A stretch of 64,000 nt of DNA from Callorhinchus milii (lineage: Eukaryota): NCBI RefSeq assembly GCF_018977255.1, contig NW_024704742.1, forward strand, positions 125,552,001 through 125,616,000, given 5' to 3'. A model generated the notes under the pieces. That model ran no database searches. It was not told the origin of the DNA and saw only the letters and a program-made list of their open reading frames with translations. Below are positions 62,561-64,000 of this stretch, one piece after another. Position 1 is the first letter of the stretch. Each line of letters opens with the position of its first letter. A program made the position numbers and the translations under genes.

Positions 62561-64000
62561 CTCTGAATATTGCGCGCTCAACCACCTAGACAAGATTTAA
62601 TTCCTTGTCCACAGATTAGCTGATGTCAGCTGGACTGACAATCACAACTGGAGGGCTGCCGGTGGGCCCATGGCCTGTACGCCATCAGAAGAGTTAGCCT
62701 TTTCAGAATAGGGACAGGGAATATTAGCTACAAAATACGTTATTGCACTGTAACTTCTGATGAGCAGTTGGCACTTGGAGTGAAGAAAAGAGCTGTCACC
62801 AAACAGAGCACTCAGCAAATTAAAGTAAATCACAAGGAATTCTTCCACTTCTGGGAATTGCCTCTTGTGCTGCTGAAGTGTTCAGGTCAATAAAAAGATA
62901 GAAAGATAAAAGCGAGGAAGGCTGTCCTAGTTTGGAAGAAGGTAAGAGCCTGGGAAAACTCATTTTGACGATACCGTGTCCACCTATACAATGACATTTT
63001 GCAATTTCATTAATCAATCGACTGATTTTCCTATCACAATATGAATTTACTTTAAATAATCTAAAGAAGGGATTTTTTGCTGGTTTCCTGGCCAACAATA
63101 GCCTACATAAAATTAATCATTCACTTGATCACCTGGTTTTGTGACATTGTTGTATACAAATTGGCTGCTGCATTCGCCAACAAATATACAGTCACTACAC
63201 TTTACTGTAAATCCTGTTAAGCACTTTGAGACATTTTGAGGACATGATCAAATGTCTGGATGGTTATTATTTGTATTTAATTTTATTACAGCATGGACAG
63301 GCAATGAAAATAAGACCATTTTAAACGCCAACATTCAAAAATCTGCACGGTTTAACATACAGCACCAATGTTGCTAGAGGTAATGAATATTCACCAATAT
63401 TCACTCCTTAACAATAATAACAGCAACAATAAATTGCATTCACATAGTGCCTTTCACATCAATAGTACATGAAAGGCACTCAAACTGTTGGACATTAAAT
63501 AGTTAACTCTAAGCACAGATGTTCATCTTCTGTGAACTGGAAAGAGATTCGAGTTTTGTGAGGATAAAAGCATTGATTTAATCCAGTTTTAAACTGGCTG
63601 TGACACCGCAGCTCATCCAGTGCTGGCCACTTCACTTAGGATCAAAGCTATAAAAGAGTTTCATGTGAAAGAACACCACTTTCAATTCTTTATTAACCTC
63701 AAAAAGTACGTTGCAAAATGCGCCTCATCAAGTGTCCTTTCGGCCAACTTTCCCCTCCCACACCCATCGGTTCCCCCCGCTCAGTTTGGGTGCCCAGCTG
63801 GCATTGTCAAGCTCTTTGCGATGTACTTCTGACATAAAAGGCACTTTATAAACGTCAGTTATAAATTGTATTCACCACAATTCCTTTGAAAATTAGGGCC
63901 AAACTTTGAAAGCTGCCCCGATAGCCAAAATCGGCATTTGTGTGGAGTTAAAAGGAGACAGACTTAATTCAACCAGGCCCCGGAAAGCAGGACTCAAATA

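Noticed and set aside
48655..64000. Expected upstream parp8 exon (...HPQLEADLSAVREIYGPHAVSL)
   Set aside because: Searched by eye on the minus strand and not found. It probably lies beyond position 64000, though a diverged copy could have been missed.

Overview
Eukaryotic (vertebrate) genomic DNA, most likely from a cartilaginous fish. The tRNA-SINE/L2/CR1/Deu-SINE repertoire fits a chimaera such as the elephant shark; the species call is an inference. The window holds the middle of one gene on the minus strand, parp8 (a mono-ADP-ribosyltransferase). Ten coding exons were read by hand (48594-48654 down to 45-110), all with AG/GT splice sites and a continuous frame. From memory of the human gene they correspond to about exons 8-17; the N-terminal and catalytic exons lie outside the window. 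The rest is intron, densely filled with L2 and CR1 LINE fragments, a young tRNA-Ala-like SINE, older Deu-domain and AmnSINE2-like SINEs, a hAT-like MITE and simple repeats. Almost all entries in the ORF track are chance or repeat-derived. No prokaryotic-type system, CRISPR array or intact autonomous element is present. The most notable observations are: an exact 6 x 22-aa tandem array of L-x-R-x-x-S / R-x-C-S motifs in the large parp8 exon; a perfect 92-bp inverted duplication with copies 1.45 kb apart; a perfect 76-bp spacerless palindrome; and co-varying 3' stem-loops shared by the L2 and SINE tails. Repeat boundaries are approximate; exon boundaries were checked base by base.
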